Made by a program: the position numbers and the translations under genes. This document shows, piece after piece, positions 29,095 through 42,972 of a stretch of 64,000 nucleotides of DNA; position 1 is the stretch's first letter; every line of letters starts with the position of its first letter. Origin of the DNA: Cyanophora paradoxa CCMP329 (taxonomy: Eukaryota > Plantae > Glaucophyta); assembly GCA_004431415.1 (NCBI GenBank), contig QPMI01000634.1, positions 1-64,000 of the forward strand, read 5' to 3'. Below the pieces are notes generated by a model. The model was not told the origin of the DNA. It searched no databases and saw nothing but the letters and a program-made list of their open reading frames with translations.

Positions 29095-32000
29095 AAAGAG
29101 GTCGGGCCGCCGACAACCAGCTTGGGCGGCTCGGGGCGGAACGCCTGTCGATATTTTTAACGTTAATTAGAACGTTGCCGGGGTTGGACGGACCGCGACA
29201 CGAATTGAGCAGTATGGAGACTGGGGTGTTCTCTTGTGAATCACGTCGACTGGATTGAGGGATCCAGCCGGTAGCTGCGCGAAAGAAGTGTGAACAGGAG
29301 TAGGGTGAACGCGAGCAAGGATCTAGAATCTCGACGCACAGCACTGCCGGGCGGAACCGTCTGCTCGAAATCCGCAAGGACGGGCTCGTAGGGCCGGGCG
29401 CAGTTGCCCGATCCGCCACAGCCCGCCGCGATTGCCGCAGTGATGTTCGGCACAAGGTCGGGCATCATTGCTGAGCACGTTCCAAGGGCGATGGGAACAG
29501 GCATGGTCGTCGCTGGGCAGCCTCGCGGGGACGATGGATTCTGATCGATCTGCAAATTCATGCAGGTTCAAAGTGAGTTATTTCTCGAGTCGAGTGGTGG
29601 GCGGGCACGGTTCGCGCACGACGTTGATTTTGAAGGAACAAGAGCCGACGGGACCCGCGTTGGCGCGGTTCTCTGTGATGTTGAAGACGATGTCGTAGGA
29701 GCCCCCGTGGGGTGCGGCGGGGAGCGCCGCAGAAGGCCAACGAGGATTGTTGACGGCGTGGTACGCTGGGACCAGCGGCGTGCCCGGCGCGGGGGACTGC
29801 GTGACCGAAATATTGTTCCAGTTTCCTGCCAGGACGCACACATAAGATTTTGATTTACAGGACAATAATTATATAATAGGAAACAGCGTGGACCATGGAC
29901 ATAGGTGCGGAGGTCAGGCATTTGCGCCGCGCAGACGGTGATCCCGGTAACCTCGACGGATCCGAGCCTAGTCACGTTGATTTCTCGAGGGCACTGAATC
30001 TGATCGGGGAAATGTGCGAATACAAAAAAATCAGTATTTGAAGAGAACCCAGAATCTTAGAAATAAGCACCGGCCACGTCGTTGTGGGCTGGAAATCAAG
30101 GGCTCTGAAGCAAGTGCACGAGCTCGCGCAACCCGTCGAGGGTGTCGGGATGTGAACTTCGAAGCGTCAGGCAGAGGCGGCAGGACAATCCACTAAAATA
30201 TGAGCTCGCACCAGTGGCATTGATACGGTGCGCGAAAACATAGGATCCCCCGGAATAGGACGATTCGTCCGAGGTGGTGCGCCAGCCAGCGTAGAGAACA
30301 GGGTAGTCTCGGACGCCGATGTTGGTCAGCCCAAAGCCGGGGTACTCAAGCGTGGGTTTCACGACCGAATTGATGTCCTCCGGGCTGCTTCAACGTCAAG
30401 CGGAGCCAGGATTCACAAATTGACTTGCAATTGCAAGCTCACCCCGTGACGGAGTCGATCCGCTCATCCATCACTTCAACGCCCAACGAGTCGAACGATG
30501 CGATGTAGCTGGCCGCCGGGGTGCTGGCCGTGTGCAGCGAAACCACCAGACGCCAGAAACCGTACGCGTTCTTCACCACAGCAGCGGACTGTGGCTTGGC
30601 ACCAACGGTACCGGCCCGAATTGTGGCGAAAAGCGACCCCGTAGCCGAAGCGCCTGTCGCGTCAATCTGCCCGACAATTGCAAGCTGAGTACCGAAACGG
30701 AGCGAAGTCATGCGAGTTCGAACTAAGGCGCCGCACCTTCCAAGCAAGGACGTCCGAGGTCGTCTTCTGGACAAAGACGACCTGCAAAAGAGCGCGTTAC
30801 AACGTAACCAGTTGCATCGACCGCGATCACACCGCAGACGAAGGAAAACATTTAAAGCAAGAAACGAACGTAGAATACTGGCTTAGAGTTTACATCCTCC
30901 ACAGCAAGTGCAATTTGAACAGCTTGATAATAATCATAAGATCCGATCGCAAATGCTGGCACTCCGGCCGAACTACCAGTGAAGTTGTACACGGTCTGAA
31001 GATCGCTGCCTGCGAAGATCGTGGTTATATATCGGCGACGCTGGCATGAATACATTCTGGCACGCACCATCCGCAGCGAAGCTGAAAAGGCTGGGTTCCG
31101 GCGGCGATGATACCGCGTCGTACGGCGCGTACGCAAGTCCAATCCAGTACGCGCGGCCACCATGCGAGGCAAGCGCGTTGTGCGCGGGACAGTAATGGTA
31201 TCCTGTGAGGCTTTTAATGTTCAGATGATTGTACTTTGAAGTGCTGTATGCATACCACCGATGACCGTGCTCGCTGTTTTTGGAGGATGATTATAATTCC
31301 AAATGTCTCCGTTGAAGCTATAGAGGGTTTTGATCGTGTTCTGAGCGGGATCGGAGTGTAGAGACACGACGCCAAGCGCGATAATCATCCCGTTCATTGG
31401 CTCGGCTTGTCCGATGAAGAAGAGCGTGGACGCCGATCCAGCAGCGAGTGCGGCGGATGCAAAATTCGCCTTGCCGTTTCTGCCTCAAGGTCAACACGAC
31501 AAAACTACTGTCGGTATATGTAGATTCCGTGCGCACGCAAAGCCATACGCAGGTGCGGAGGAGCTGATCGCCGTAACCGCTGGAGCACCCGCAGCAGGAA
31601 GTGTTATGTGGCTGCCGTAACTGGCCGTGGCTGCAGCAGCTGCCGCACAACTGGTAAGGAAGCTTGAGACGCATACGCCCAGCTTTGGGCGCACTTGTGG
31701 AAGGACCCATGACGAGCGTGGATCCGCAGCTGCTGTTCACGCGATAGATGCCGTAGTAGCCACCGACGTAAAGATGTCCATCGAACGTCGAGTAGGCCAT
31801 GTCTGCGCGAAGATGTGAGCACCCACAGCTGTCTGCAGCTGCAGCTGGCATCCGGAACATGAACAAACCGTAGATATTGCGGAAGTCCGCGGTGGTTCCA
31901 GCTCCTGCGGCGCGCGAGGGTCATGATCAAGGCATGCATATGAGACTGCCCGAGAAGGCGTCAAATGTCAAACAACAACGACAGACCCTCTGTGCCGACC

Positions 32001-35000
32001 TGACCTCGGCCACTAGACCAGAAATCAGATAGGTAGAGGTACCGCCCAGCGCAGAAGAGCGATGCGCCCGGCGAAAGGGAGTCGGGGTTCGCCGGAAGAG
32101 TCGCCACGGCCGCAGCGCCCAGACCAGAGGGTGGAGGCGCAGCGGACGGCGAAGGCGAGGGGGAGGGCTCCGGCATAGGCGAGGACCTCCGGAAGTTATC
32201 TACGGTCGCATAAGCAATGTTTGCGGCATTATACGAAAGCTTTTTTTCTGATACGGTAAAGGTCGCCGCTCGGAAATCCCAAATATATATATATATATAG
32301 TGTGTTCGCACCAGTGACGTTGATACGGTGCGCGAACACATAGGATCCCCCATCGCGGTACGGGTCGTACGAGGTCGAGCTGGTGGTGGCGCGCCAGCCA
32401 GCATAGAGGACCGGGTAGTCACGGACGCCAATGTTGGTCAGTCCAAAGCCGGGGTACTCAAGCGTGGGTTTCGCGACCGAGTCGATGTCCTCCGGGCTGC
32501 TTCAGCGTCATGCGGAGCCAGGATTCACGAATCGATTCGCAAGCTCACCCCGTGACAGATTCGATCCGCTCTTCCATCACTTCGACGCCCGAGGAGTCGA
32601 ACGACGCGATGTAGCTGGCCGCCGGAGTGCTGGCCGTGTGCAGCGAGACCACCAGACGCCAGTAGCCGTACGCGTTCTTCACCACGGCAGCGGACAGTGG
32701 CTTGGCGCCGACGGTACCGGTCCGAATTGTGGCGAAGAGCGACCCCGTAGCCGAAGCGCCTGTTGCGTCAATCTGCCCGACAAGCTGAGTTCCAAAACGA
32801 AGCGAAGTTTTGATTGACCAAATTCGAAGCAAGGCGCCAGGCCACACCTTCCAAGCAAGGACGTCCGACGTCGTCTGCTGGACAAAGACGACCTGCAAGA
32901 GAGCGCGTTACGACCAGTTACATCTACCGCGATCACACCGCAGCCACAGACGAAAAAAGCAAGAAACGAACGTAGAATACTGGCTTAGAGTTGACATCTT
33001 CCACAGAAAGTGCAATTGGAACAGCTGCATAATTTGCGAATGCTGGCATTCCAGCCGAACTACCAGTGAAGTCGTACACGGTCTGAAGATCACTGCCTGC
33101 GAAGATCGTGGTTATATCTTGGCGACGCTGGCGCCGGCATGAATAAATTCTGGCACGCACCATCCGCAGCGAAGCTGAAAAGGCTGGGTTCCGGCGGTGT
33201 TCCAGACGCCACGTACGGAATTCCAATCCAGTAAGCGCGGCCGCCATGCGAGGCAAGCGCGTTGTGCGCGGGACAGTAATGGTATCCTGCGAGGCTGTTA
33301 ACGTTCAGATGATTGTACTCTGTGGAGTGCCGTCGACGTCTGCGTACCACCGATGACCGTGCTCGCCTCTTGCCTGTCTACACCGAAGGTATAGAAGGTT
33401 TTGATCGTGTTCTGAGCGGGATCGGAGTGTAGAGACACGACGCCAATCGCATATATGAGCCAGGCAATTGAATCGGCTTGTCCGATGAAAAAGAGCGTGG
33501 ACGCCGAGCCAGCAGCGAGTGCGGCGGATGCAAAAGAACCCTTGCCGTTTCTGCATCAACGTCAACACGACAGAATCGCCGCCAGTCTTTGTGGATTTCG
33601 TGCGCACGCAAAGCCATACGCAGGTGCGGAGGAGCTGATCGCCGTAACCGCTGGAGCACCCGCAGCAGGAAGTTTCAAGTAGTTGTTGTCTAATCTGAAC
33701 GTGGCTGCAGCAGCTGCCCATGCCGCACAACTAGTAAGGAAGCTGAGGACGCAGATGCAAGCTTTGGGCGCACTTGTGGAAGGACCCATGACAAGCGTAG
33801 ATCCGCAGCTGCTGTTCACGCGATAGATGCCGTAGTAGCCACCGACGTAAAGATGTCCATCGAACGTTGAGTATGCCATGTCTGCGCGAATATGTGAGCG
33901 CCCGCAGCTGTCTGGTATCCGGAACATAAACAAACCGTAGATATTTCGGAAGTCCGCGGTGGTTCCGGCTCCTGCGGCGCGCGAGGGTCAAGGCGTGAGA
34001 CGGCCGGAGAAGGCGTCAAAATTCATGATCAAACAACAAAGACAGACCCTCTGTGCCGACCGGGCTATTGTACCCGACCCCGGATGAGAGGTACTGCCCA
34101 GCGCAGAAGAGCGATGCGCCCGGCGAGAGGGAGACGGGGTCCGCCGGGGGAGTCGCCACGGCTGCGGCCCCCAAACCGGAGGGCAGGATAAGCAAAGCTA
34201 GCTATATAGCGCTTGCGGTATTGAAATAAAGCTTCTGTCTAATCCGGTAAATTACAGGTCGCCGCTCGGGAATCTCAACTCGCACCAGTGCTGTTGATAC
34301 GGTGCGCGAACACATAGGAGCCGGGCGGGTTGTACGAGTTCGAGCTGGCGGTGGCGCTCCAGCCAGCATAGAGAACCGGGTAGTCGCGGTCGCCGATGTT
34401 GGTCAGTCCAAGGCCAAGGTACTCGAGCGTGGGTTTCGCGACCGAATCGATGTCCTCCGGGCTGCTTCAGCGTCATGCGGAGCCAGGATTCACGAATCGA
34501 TTCGCAAGCTCACCCCGTGACAGATTCGATCCGCTCTTCCATCACTTCGACGCCCGAGGAGTCGAACGACGCGATGTAGCTGGCCGCCGGAGTGCTGGCC
34601 GTGTGCAGCGAGACCACCAGACGCCAGAAGCCGTACGCGTTCTTCACCACGGCAGCGGACAGTGGCTTGGCGCCGACGGTACCGGTCCGAATTGTGGCGA
34701 AGAGCGACCCCGTAGCCGAAGCGCCTGTCGCGTCAATCTGCCCGACAATTGCAAGCTGAGTACCGAAACGGAGCGAAGTCATGCGAGTTCGAACTAAGGC
34801 GCCGCACCTTCCAAGCAAGGACGTCCGAGGTCGTCTTCTGGACAAAGACGACCTGCAAAAGAGCGCGTTACAACGTAACCAGTTGCATCGACCGCGATCA
34901 CACCGCAGACGAAGGAAAACATTTAAAGCAAGAAACGAACGTAGAATACTGGCTTAGAGTTTACATCCTCCACAGCAAGTGCAATTTGAACAGCTTGATA

Positions 35001-36374
35001 ATAATCATAAGATCCGATCGCAAATGCTGGCATTCCGGCTGAACTACCGGTGAAGTTGTAAACGGTCTGAAGATCGCTGCCTGCGAAGAACGTGGTTATA
35101 TATCGGCGACGCTGGCATGAATACATTCTGGTACGCACCATCCGCAGCGAAGCTGAAAAGGCTGGGTTCCGGCGGCGATGATACCGCGTCGTACGGCGCG
35201 TACGCAAGTCCAATCCAGTACGCGCGGCCACCATGCGAGGCAAGCGCGTTGTGCGCGGGACAGTAATGGTATCCTGTGAGGCTTTTAATGTTCAGATGAT
35301 TGTACTTTGAAGTGCTGTATGCATACCACCGATGACCGTGCTCGCTGTTTTTGGAGGATGATTATAATTCCAAATGTCTCCGTTGAAGCTATAGAGGGTT
35401 TTGATCGTGTTCTGAGCGGGATCGGAGTGTAGAGACACGACGCCAAGCGCGATAATCATCCCGTTCATTGGCTCGGCTTGTCCGATGAAGAAGAGCGTGG
35501 ACGCCGATCCAGCAGCGAGTGCGGCGGATGCAAAATTCGCCTTGCCGTTTCTGCCTCAAGGTCAACACGACAAAACTACTGTCGGTATATGTAGATTCCG
35601 TGCGCACGCAAAGCCATACGCAGGTGCGGAGGAGCTGATCGCCGTAACCGCTGGAGCACCCGCAGCAGGAAGTGTTATGTGGCTGCCGTAACTGGCCGTG
35701 GCTGCAGCAGCTGCCGCACAACCGGTAAGGAAACTGAGGACGCATACGCCAGCTTTGGGCGCACCCGTGGAAGGACCCATGACGAGCGTGGATCCGCAGC
35801 TGCTGTTCACGCGATAGATGCCGTAATAGCCACCGACATACAGATGTCCATCGAACGTCGAGTATGCCATGTCTGCGCGAAGATGTGAGCGCCCGCAGTT
35901 GTCTGGTATCGGAACATAAACAAACCGTAGATATTTCGGAAGTCCGCGGTGGTTCCGGCTCCTGCGGCGCGCGAGGGTCAAGGCGTGAGACTGCCCGAGA
36001 AGGCGTCAAATGTCAAACAACAAAGACAGACCCTCTGTGCCGACCTGCTCTTGGGCATACCCGGACGAGAGGTACTGCCCAGCGCAGAAGAGCGATGCGC
36101 CCGGCGAGAGGGAGTCCGGGTCCGCCGGGGAAGTTGCCGCCGCGGAAACTGCGGAGTGCGCGCATGAGTGACCAAGACCAGACCATGCGCATGCACGCAT
36201 TAATATTCTCGATCGCGATCGCCAGTCGGCACATTCTCGAGTATACGTAGGCACATTCGCGTTTTCGCCCAGGCCTAGGGGCTCTCATGACCATGTTCGC
36301 GCACCGACGAAGAGCGCGATGGTGAGCGAGGCGACGACGACCCGCAGCGCAATCGCGCATCCGGCCGCGCCCAT
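29095..36374 (-). CDS. Host intron-rich secreted modular protein gene: signal peptide, three ~2-kb repeated modules and HYR-like domains; apparently interrupted by the PLV
   Basis: ATG at 36374 gives MGAAGCAIALRVVVASLTIALF. Repeated exons include MAYSTFDGHLYVGGYYGIYRVNSSCG, AVEDVNSKPVFY and VVKNAYGFWRLVVS. HYR-like: VTQSPAPGT...GSCSFKINV and CPA...CSAMMPDL...EQTVPPG. The exon model is approximate. Confidence 0.6.
30230..36130. repeat. Three tandem ~2-kb intragenic repeats (A ~30230-32110, B ~32330-34170, C ~34290-36130)
   Basis: Long near-identical blocks, e.g. 30650-31680 vs 34720-35750 and 32470-32760 vs 34450-34725. Confidence 0.9.
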
Positions 36375-36512
36375 GGCTTCTGCCGCAGTACTAGTGCCTG
36401 TCGCGACTCGCGCGATATCGATGGCTCAGCGGCTGCTGCTGCGAGCGCTAGGCGCCCCTAGCCAAGTTACCGGTACCCTAGTCAGCGGCTGCTGCTGCGA
36501 ATTCGAACAATA

Positions 36513-36729
36513 CTGTCAATGTACTATGTTAGACGGGTATTTTGTTAGACGTTTGTCCACCCATCACAATAGACGTGGACAAAGTTAGACGAGGTGCTGG
36601 CCGCTCCATACAGGCGGCACTATGGTATACCCCCTTTAGGCACAGTTAGACGGGGATTAAGTTAGACGAATGGGTTACCTCGTCTATCCGCGCCTAACTT
36701 TGTACTCGTCTAACATAGTACATTGACAG
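36513..36729. mobile_element. Tc1/mariner-type MITE
   Basis: TIR CTGTCAATGTACTATGTTAGACG with its reverse complement, TA on both flanks, and internal GTTAGACG repeats. Confidence 0.85.
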
Positions 36730-36905
36730 TATCGATCGAGAATTCGAAGATCTTCTCTTCTCTTCAAGATGGCCGGTAATTTACCAAAAAAAAAAAATTC
36801 AAGATAGAACCGTTGAATTCTAATTTTCTCGAGATCTCGCGATCGCGATCGCGATTCGCGAGTCGTACAGTCTCGTAGTACTCGTACAGATCTAGAGTCG
36901 TACTA

Positions 36906-39900
36906 CCGTAAAACACTTAATTAATGCGCCCGATATTTGTTTTCCAGTATGGGTGAGGCCTTCGATCCGGCCCCACACTGTGACAGTATGGGTGAGCCTC
37001 CGTAGAACACTTAAGTAATGCGCGCACTTAATTAATGCGCCCCCTAATTAATGCGTTTTCCGGGGGATCCGCTAGCAGAACGCATTAATTCGGGGGCGCA
37101 TTAATATCAAAACCCTTAGAAACTGCAGTATCAGGCGAAGCCTCTTTCTCAAACCCAAAAACCGCCGAGCGAAATTCCTTTTTTAACCTTTTTTTCCACT
37201 CAAGATCCCCCCTGCTAAATAATTTCCGTGTCACACTCCCTCGAGGCAGAATTATTAATTCTGCCTCGACACGGACGCGATGCCTCTTTCTCAAACCCAA
37301 AAACCGCCGAGCGAAATTCCTTTTTTAACCTTTTTTTCCACTCAAGATCCCCCCTGCTAAATAATTTCCGTGTCACACTCCCTCGAGGCAGAATTATTAA
37401 TTCTGCCTCGACACGGACGCGATTAATGGACATTACACAGTTGCCCGAACCCCCACAGACCCCTCTAGATCCATTTTTAGCGTCCTGGCTCCCCTAAGAC
37501 GACCGCTCGCCCGTGGGCGTCGCGCGAAATCGAATTTCCCTCTGGATCAATTCCGGTACTTAACCTCCGACAAATGCAGTCCGAGTCAGAAGGTGGGACC
37601 CGGTCCCGCCCGGTCCCGCGACGAAATCGCGCCAGAGAGACCCCAGAACGATACAGAATGCCGCGCGAGGGCGAGCGCATCGCCGCAAGCTCGATTTCAA
37701 GCGCCGTCGGCGCTCCAGTGCGAACAGTCGGCCGAAATTTGATCCGGCCGGTTCCGCCCGGTCCCCCGACGCGCGCAATGCATGCCTACGGGCGCGCATA
37801 GACATAGCAGCGCCTGCGCACCCCCGAAATCCGCTTTTCGGAGCCGGAAGAGCGCAGGAAGGTACCCGACGGCAAAAATTCGATCCTAGACAGGCCCGGA
37901 GATCTTTCCGCGCGCCCACGCCGCGGCGCATGCGCGGAGCAATAGTATAAACATTTGAGATGTAGAAGAAGCCTTCCGCACGGTCTCTAAATGCGCCGGG
38001 CCGCGAGGACCCAGCCGACCCCGGAAATTCGATCCTGGACGGACCTGCACAACTTTCCGCGCGCCCTCGCATCCTCACGCGAGCGCTTCGCTACAATTTT
38101 CAGTTGACTCCTTTTTAAAGCTTTTCGCAAGGTCTGCAGGCGCGACACGGCACGAGAACCCAGCCGACGCAAAAATTCGATCCTGGACATACCCGACGGC
38201 AAAAATTCGATCCTAGACAGGCCCGGAGATCTTTCCGCGCGCCCACGCCGCGGCGCATGCGCGGAACGATAGCATAAGCATTTGAGATGTAGAAGAAGCC
38301 TTCCGCACGGTCTCTAAATGCACCAGGCCGCGAGGACCCACCCGACCCCGGAAATTCGATCCTCGACGGACCTGCACAACTTTCCGCGCGCCCTCGCATC
38401 CTCACGCGAGCGCATCGCTACAATTTTCAGTTGACTCCTTTTTAAAGCTTTTCGCAAGCTCTGCAGGCGCGACAGGGCACGAGAACCCAGCCGACGCAAA
38501 AATTCGATCCTGGCCACGCCTGCACATCTTTCCGCACGCGCTCGCCTCCGCAGCCCCGCACATCGATGCTATATGCATTCGAGATTCTGTTTAAGCGATT
38601 CTCTGTGCATGCGCCTGGCCGCGAGAACCTCGCCCCTCCCGGGCCTCCTTCCCAACAATATTATAAAAATAAACTCCTCAAAATTCGATCCTTCACGGAC
38701 GCGCACGTCTTTCCGCGCGCCCTCGAGATCTGCACTGCCAGATAATTATTAATTAGATCTTCCCCAGATCGATCTTCGAGTATATAATTATAGTTATATC
38801 CCGTCTCAGCAGCCCGGCGCCCTTCCTCAGTTCTCGATCGAGACCTCCGACGACGCGACAGGGCGCAAGAATCCAGGTGACCCCGAAAATTCGATCCTTC
38901 ACGGACGCGCACCGCGGCGCACGTCTTTCGGCGCGCCCTCGACATCTGCACTGCCAGATAATTGTTAATTAGATCTGCCCCAGGTCGATCTTCGAGTATA
39001 TAATTATAGTTATATCCCGTCTCAGCAGCCCGGCGCCCTTCCTCAGTTCTCGATCGAGACCTCCGACGACGCGACAGGGCGCAACAATCCAGGTGACCCC
39101 GAAAATTCGATCCTTCACGGACGCGCACCGCGGCGCACGTCTGTCGGCGCGCCCTCGAGATCTGCACTGCCAGATAATTATTAATTAGATCTGCCCCAGG
39201 TCGATCAGGCGAAGCCTCTTTCAGGCGAAGCCTCTTCAGGCGAAGCCTCTTTCTCAAACCCAAAAACCGCCGAGCGAAATTCCTTTTTTAACCTTTTTTT
39301 CAACTCGAGATCTCCCCTGCTAAATAATTTCCGTATCGCACTCCCTCGAGGCAGAATTATTAATTCTGCCTCGACACGGACGCGATTGATGGACATTACA
39401 CAGCTGCCCGAACCCCCACAGACCCCTCTAGATCCATTTTTAGCGTCCTAGCTCCCCTAAGACGACCGCTCCCCCGTGGGCGTCGCGCGAACATCGAATT
39501 TCCCTCTGGATCAATTCCGGTACTTAACCTCCGACAAATGCAGTCCGAGTCAGAAGGTGGGACCCGGTCCCGCCCGGTCCCGCGACGAAATCGCGCCAGA
39601 GAGACCCCAGAACGATACAGAATGCCGCGCGAGGGCGAGCGCATCGCCGCAAGCTCGATTTCAAGCGCCGTCGGCGCTCCAGTGCGAACAGTCGGCCGAA
39701 ATTTGATCCGGCCGGTTCCGCCCGGTCCCCCGACGCGCGCAATCCATGCGTACTGGCGCGCATAGACATAGCACGGCCTGCCCACCCCCGAAATCCGCTT
39801 TTCGGAGCCGCAACAGCGCAGGAAGGTACCCGGCCCGATGGCAAAAATTCGATCCTGCACGGGCCCGGACGTCGACATCTTTCCGCGCGCCCACGCCGCG

Positions 39901-40990
39901 GCGCATGCGCGGAACGATAGCATAAGCATTTGAGATGTAGAAGAAGCCTTCCGCACGCTTTACAGATGCGCGGGGCCGCGGGGACCCGGCCCAGCCCACC
40001 CCGAAAATTCGATCCTCTACAGACCTGCACATCTTTCCGCGCGCCCTCGCATCCTCGCGCATGCGCATCGCTACAATATTCATTTGAGATTTTATCAAAG
40101 CCTTCGACAAGCTTCGAACACGCCGAAGACCACGAGAACCCAGCCGACGGCAAAAATTCGATCCTGCACGGACCCGGACATCTTTCTGCGCGCCCACGCC
40201 GCGGCACATGCGCGGGACAATAGCATATATATGCATGTGAAATGTAGACAAAGCCTTCCGCATGCTTTACAGATGCGCCGGGCCGCGAGAACCCAGCCAA
40301 CCCCGAAAGTTCGATCTTGCACGGACCTGCACAGCTTTCCGCACGCCCTCGCATGCTCACGCATGGGCATCGCTACAGTATTCATTTGAGCTCTTTGTAA
40401 AGCTTTGCGCGAGCTCTGCGGACGCGACAGGGCGCGGCAATCCAGCCGACGCAAAAATTCGATCCTGGGCACGCCTGCACATCTTTCCGCGCGCCCTCGC
40501 CTCCGCAGACCTGCACATCGATGCTATATGCGTTCGAGATTCTTTTTAAGCGATTCGCAAGCTCTGTGCATGCGCCTGGCCGCGAGAACCTCGCCCCTCC
40601 CGGGCCTCCTTCCCAACAATATTATATAATTAATCTCCTCTCAATCTAGATCGATCTGCTCCACCCTTTAATTATTTCCTCGCTCAGTACATCATGGCAT
40701 TAATATTCCTCTAGCCGACCAGCGCTAGCTGGACTGGCCGTCAGCCAGCCAGCTTCTAGCCAGAAAGCTGTTCGCGATCGGCCAGGCCGCTGGCCAGTGC
40801 CCTATAGGCCTACTGTGACAGCCGCGAGGGCGTCCGCGAGGCTTCGCCGTACTTAGTGCTCCGCAGGAGCACGGATCTTGTATATGTACCCCCCCCAGCT
40901 GCAGCGAAAAAGCTTCAAAACGCATTAATTCGGGGGCGCATTATTAGCCATGTGTTTAGTGCATCAATTAAGTGTTTTAGTGTTTTACGG
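36906..40990. mobile_element. 4.1-kb non-autonomous Tc1/mariner/pogo-type TIR element filled with nested repeats
   Basis: TA|CCGTAAAACAC...GTGTTTTACGG|TA; subterminal CGCATTAATTCGGGGGCGCATTA (37081, 40921); internal duplication ~37135-38660 vs ~39240-40620; many AAATTCGATCC motifs; no transposase. Confidence 0.75.
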
Positions 40991-41155
40991 TATATCCCTA
41001 TCGCGGACTGTCGACGTCGGACCGTCGGACCTCGGACCGTCGACTCGAGAGTCTGCATGCGCGGAAAATTTTCTCGCTCGCGTGGGGCACAGCCTCACAG
41101 CCTCGAGTTACAGCCGACTCACAGCCCTGAGTCACAGGCCGCACAGCAGCACAGG

Positions 41156-41818
41156 CAGTGCTGTCATTATAATGTACGTTTTTAATTAATGACATTATTT
41201 AATGTCCATTAAGTACATTAATTATAAACCGGCGTAAATAATGGACATTATTTAATGTGGGTGGTTATTTTTGGCGCGACGTCTTTCGGCGAATCTAGAG
41301 CGTAGAAGTTGATCTCCGACCTTCTAACAGCTTAACAGAGCCGCCGGAACGCTTCAAATCACTTTCGGAGCGGTTCTTGCTGCCTTCAGAGAGGTCGACG
41401 TGTTGGAGGGGGGGTACATCGACCCCATCCCTTAGGCGTGGCGGAGCTGAAGGGGGGCGCACGATCAACGCTCAAACGTTCTATATAAGCCGATAAACAC
41501 TTTTTAACACTAAGGAAGGCTTTACAAGCTTCGGAAGGCTTAGTTGAGGTGCTGGATGAGTCTCAGTGAGGCCTTCCTGGGGCTCCAGGCCATCTCCAGC
41601 CTTCCAGGAGGGTCATAAACGACTCCAGGTGGCTTCTAGATGCATTAGACATGCTTTTGAGACGTTTAGATAGCGTTCACAGCGCCAAAGACGAGCGGAA
41701 AGTGCGTTTGAACGTAATTAATGTGTATTTAATATAATAATACATTATAATGCATTATAATGCCTCATTAAATAATGCCCGACCTCCCGTACGCGTGTCC
41801 ATTATAATGACAGCACTG
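41156..41818. mobile_element. Non-autonomous hAT element
   Basis: TIR CAGTGCTGTCATTATAATG / CATTATAATGACAGCACTG with 8-bp TSD AGCACAGG on both sides. Confidence 0.9.
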
Positions 41819-42919
41819 AGCACAGGCGGCAGTCACTGAGTGCCGCGGCACGCCGCGCCGGCAATCAGTGACTGCGGCGCCGGCCCGGCGGCGCGCAGTG
41901 CCGCGGCACATGTACATGTTCAGCCGCGCACCGCTTTCGAATTCGTAGTTGACTCGATTCATACTGCTGAAAAACACATGAGTAATTATATTATAAAGCG
42001 GTTTCGAATTCATATTAATGCGTTTTCCAAATTTCTGCAATCAAAACGCGTATATTACAACTTGGTATAAGACGACGTATTATATAATTACGCGCGTACG
42101 TACCGCATTAATAGCTATAGAATATCATGAATCATGATTCATGATCAAACGATAAAAGTGCTATATGTACCCCCCTGACGCAGCCAAATTAATAACTTCG
42201 ATCAAAAAGGCTGCAAAAAAACGCATTAACGTGCCACGGTGATAGGCACGAGGCTCAGATACCGGTAAGGGTCCGCAGTCTGCGTCCAAAAACGTATTCA
42301 TGATCATCGTAGAAGTTTAACCGGTACCGTAGAAATTGGTAGAATATTTGCATCTGTCACAGTGTCAGAATTGTGCAGATATATGGCAGGAGAGGGGTCA
42401 ATGTACCCGCGGGCCGCCGCGCGCCTAGGCGGACTGGCTGTGCCGCCGAAACAGTCAGGCAGACTCTCAGCAGGCTAGAGTCTCAGGCTCTCAGCTGCAG
42501 CCTGCAGGGCCAGTGCAGGCTGCAGCCTCAGCCTGCAGGCTCCAGCCCTGACGTCGACTCGAGCTCGTCGTCCGACGGTCGAGTCGTCGACCCGGCCAGT
42601 CGCCGCGGCGCTCAGCCCCCCTAGGCCTGACTGTGACTGAATCAGTCAACCCGAGGTTCAGTCAGGCTACCGGCGCAAAACCTGAGGACAATGACCCGGT
42701 ACTACTGGGCCGGTAGGGATATGGCCGCTGGTCTGGTCGACCAGCTGGCCGGCTGGCATAAGGCTTTGACCCCCGGGCCAGCCCGGCGATTTCTTGGCCA
42801 GCCGGGCCAGCCCTTTTCGGCTTTATGAGGCGGCCAGCCGGCCGGTGGGTCTGGCTCAGCCTGACTGGGGTGCAAGCTCGAGGCTAGAGGTGGGGCTTGA
42901 TGACGAGGCTTGCTAATTT

Positions 42920-42972
42920 CTAGGCTTGCTAAATCATCGGATTAGCCTAATCCGATGATTTAGCAAGCCTAG
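42920..42972. repeat. Perfect 26-bp-arm palindrome
   Basis: CTAGGCTTGCTAAATCATCGGATTAG-C-CTAATCCGATGATTTAGCAAGCCTAG. Confidence 0.85.

Noticed and set aside
37085-40629. Repeated ORFs inside the 4.1-kb TIR element
   Set aside because: Translations of non-coding repeats; no transposase or other domain.
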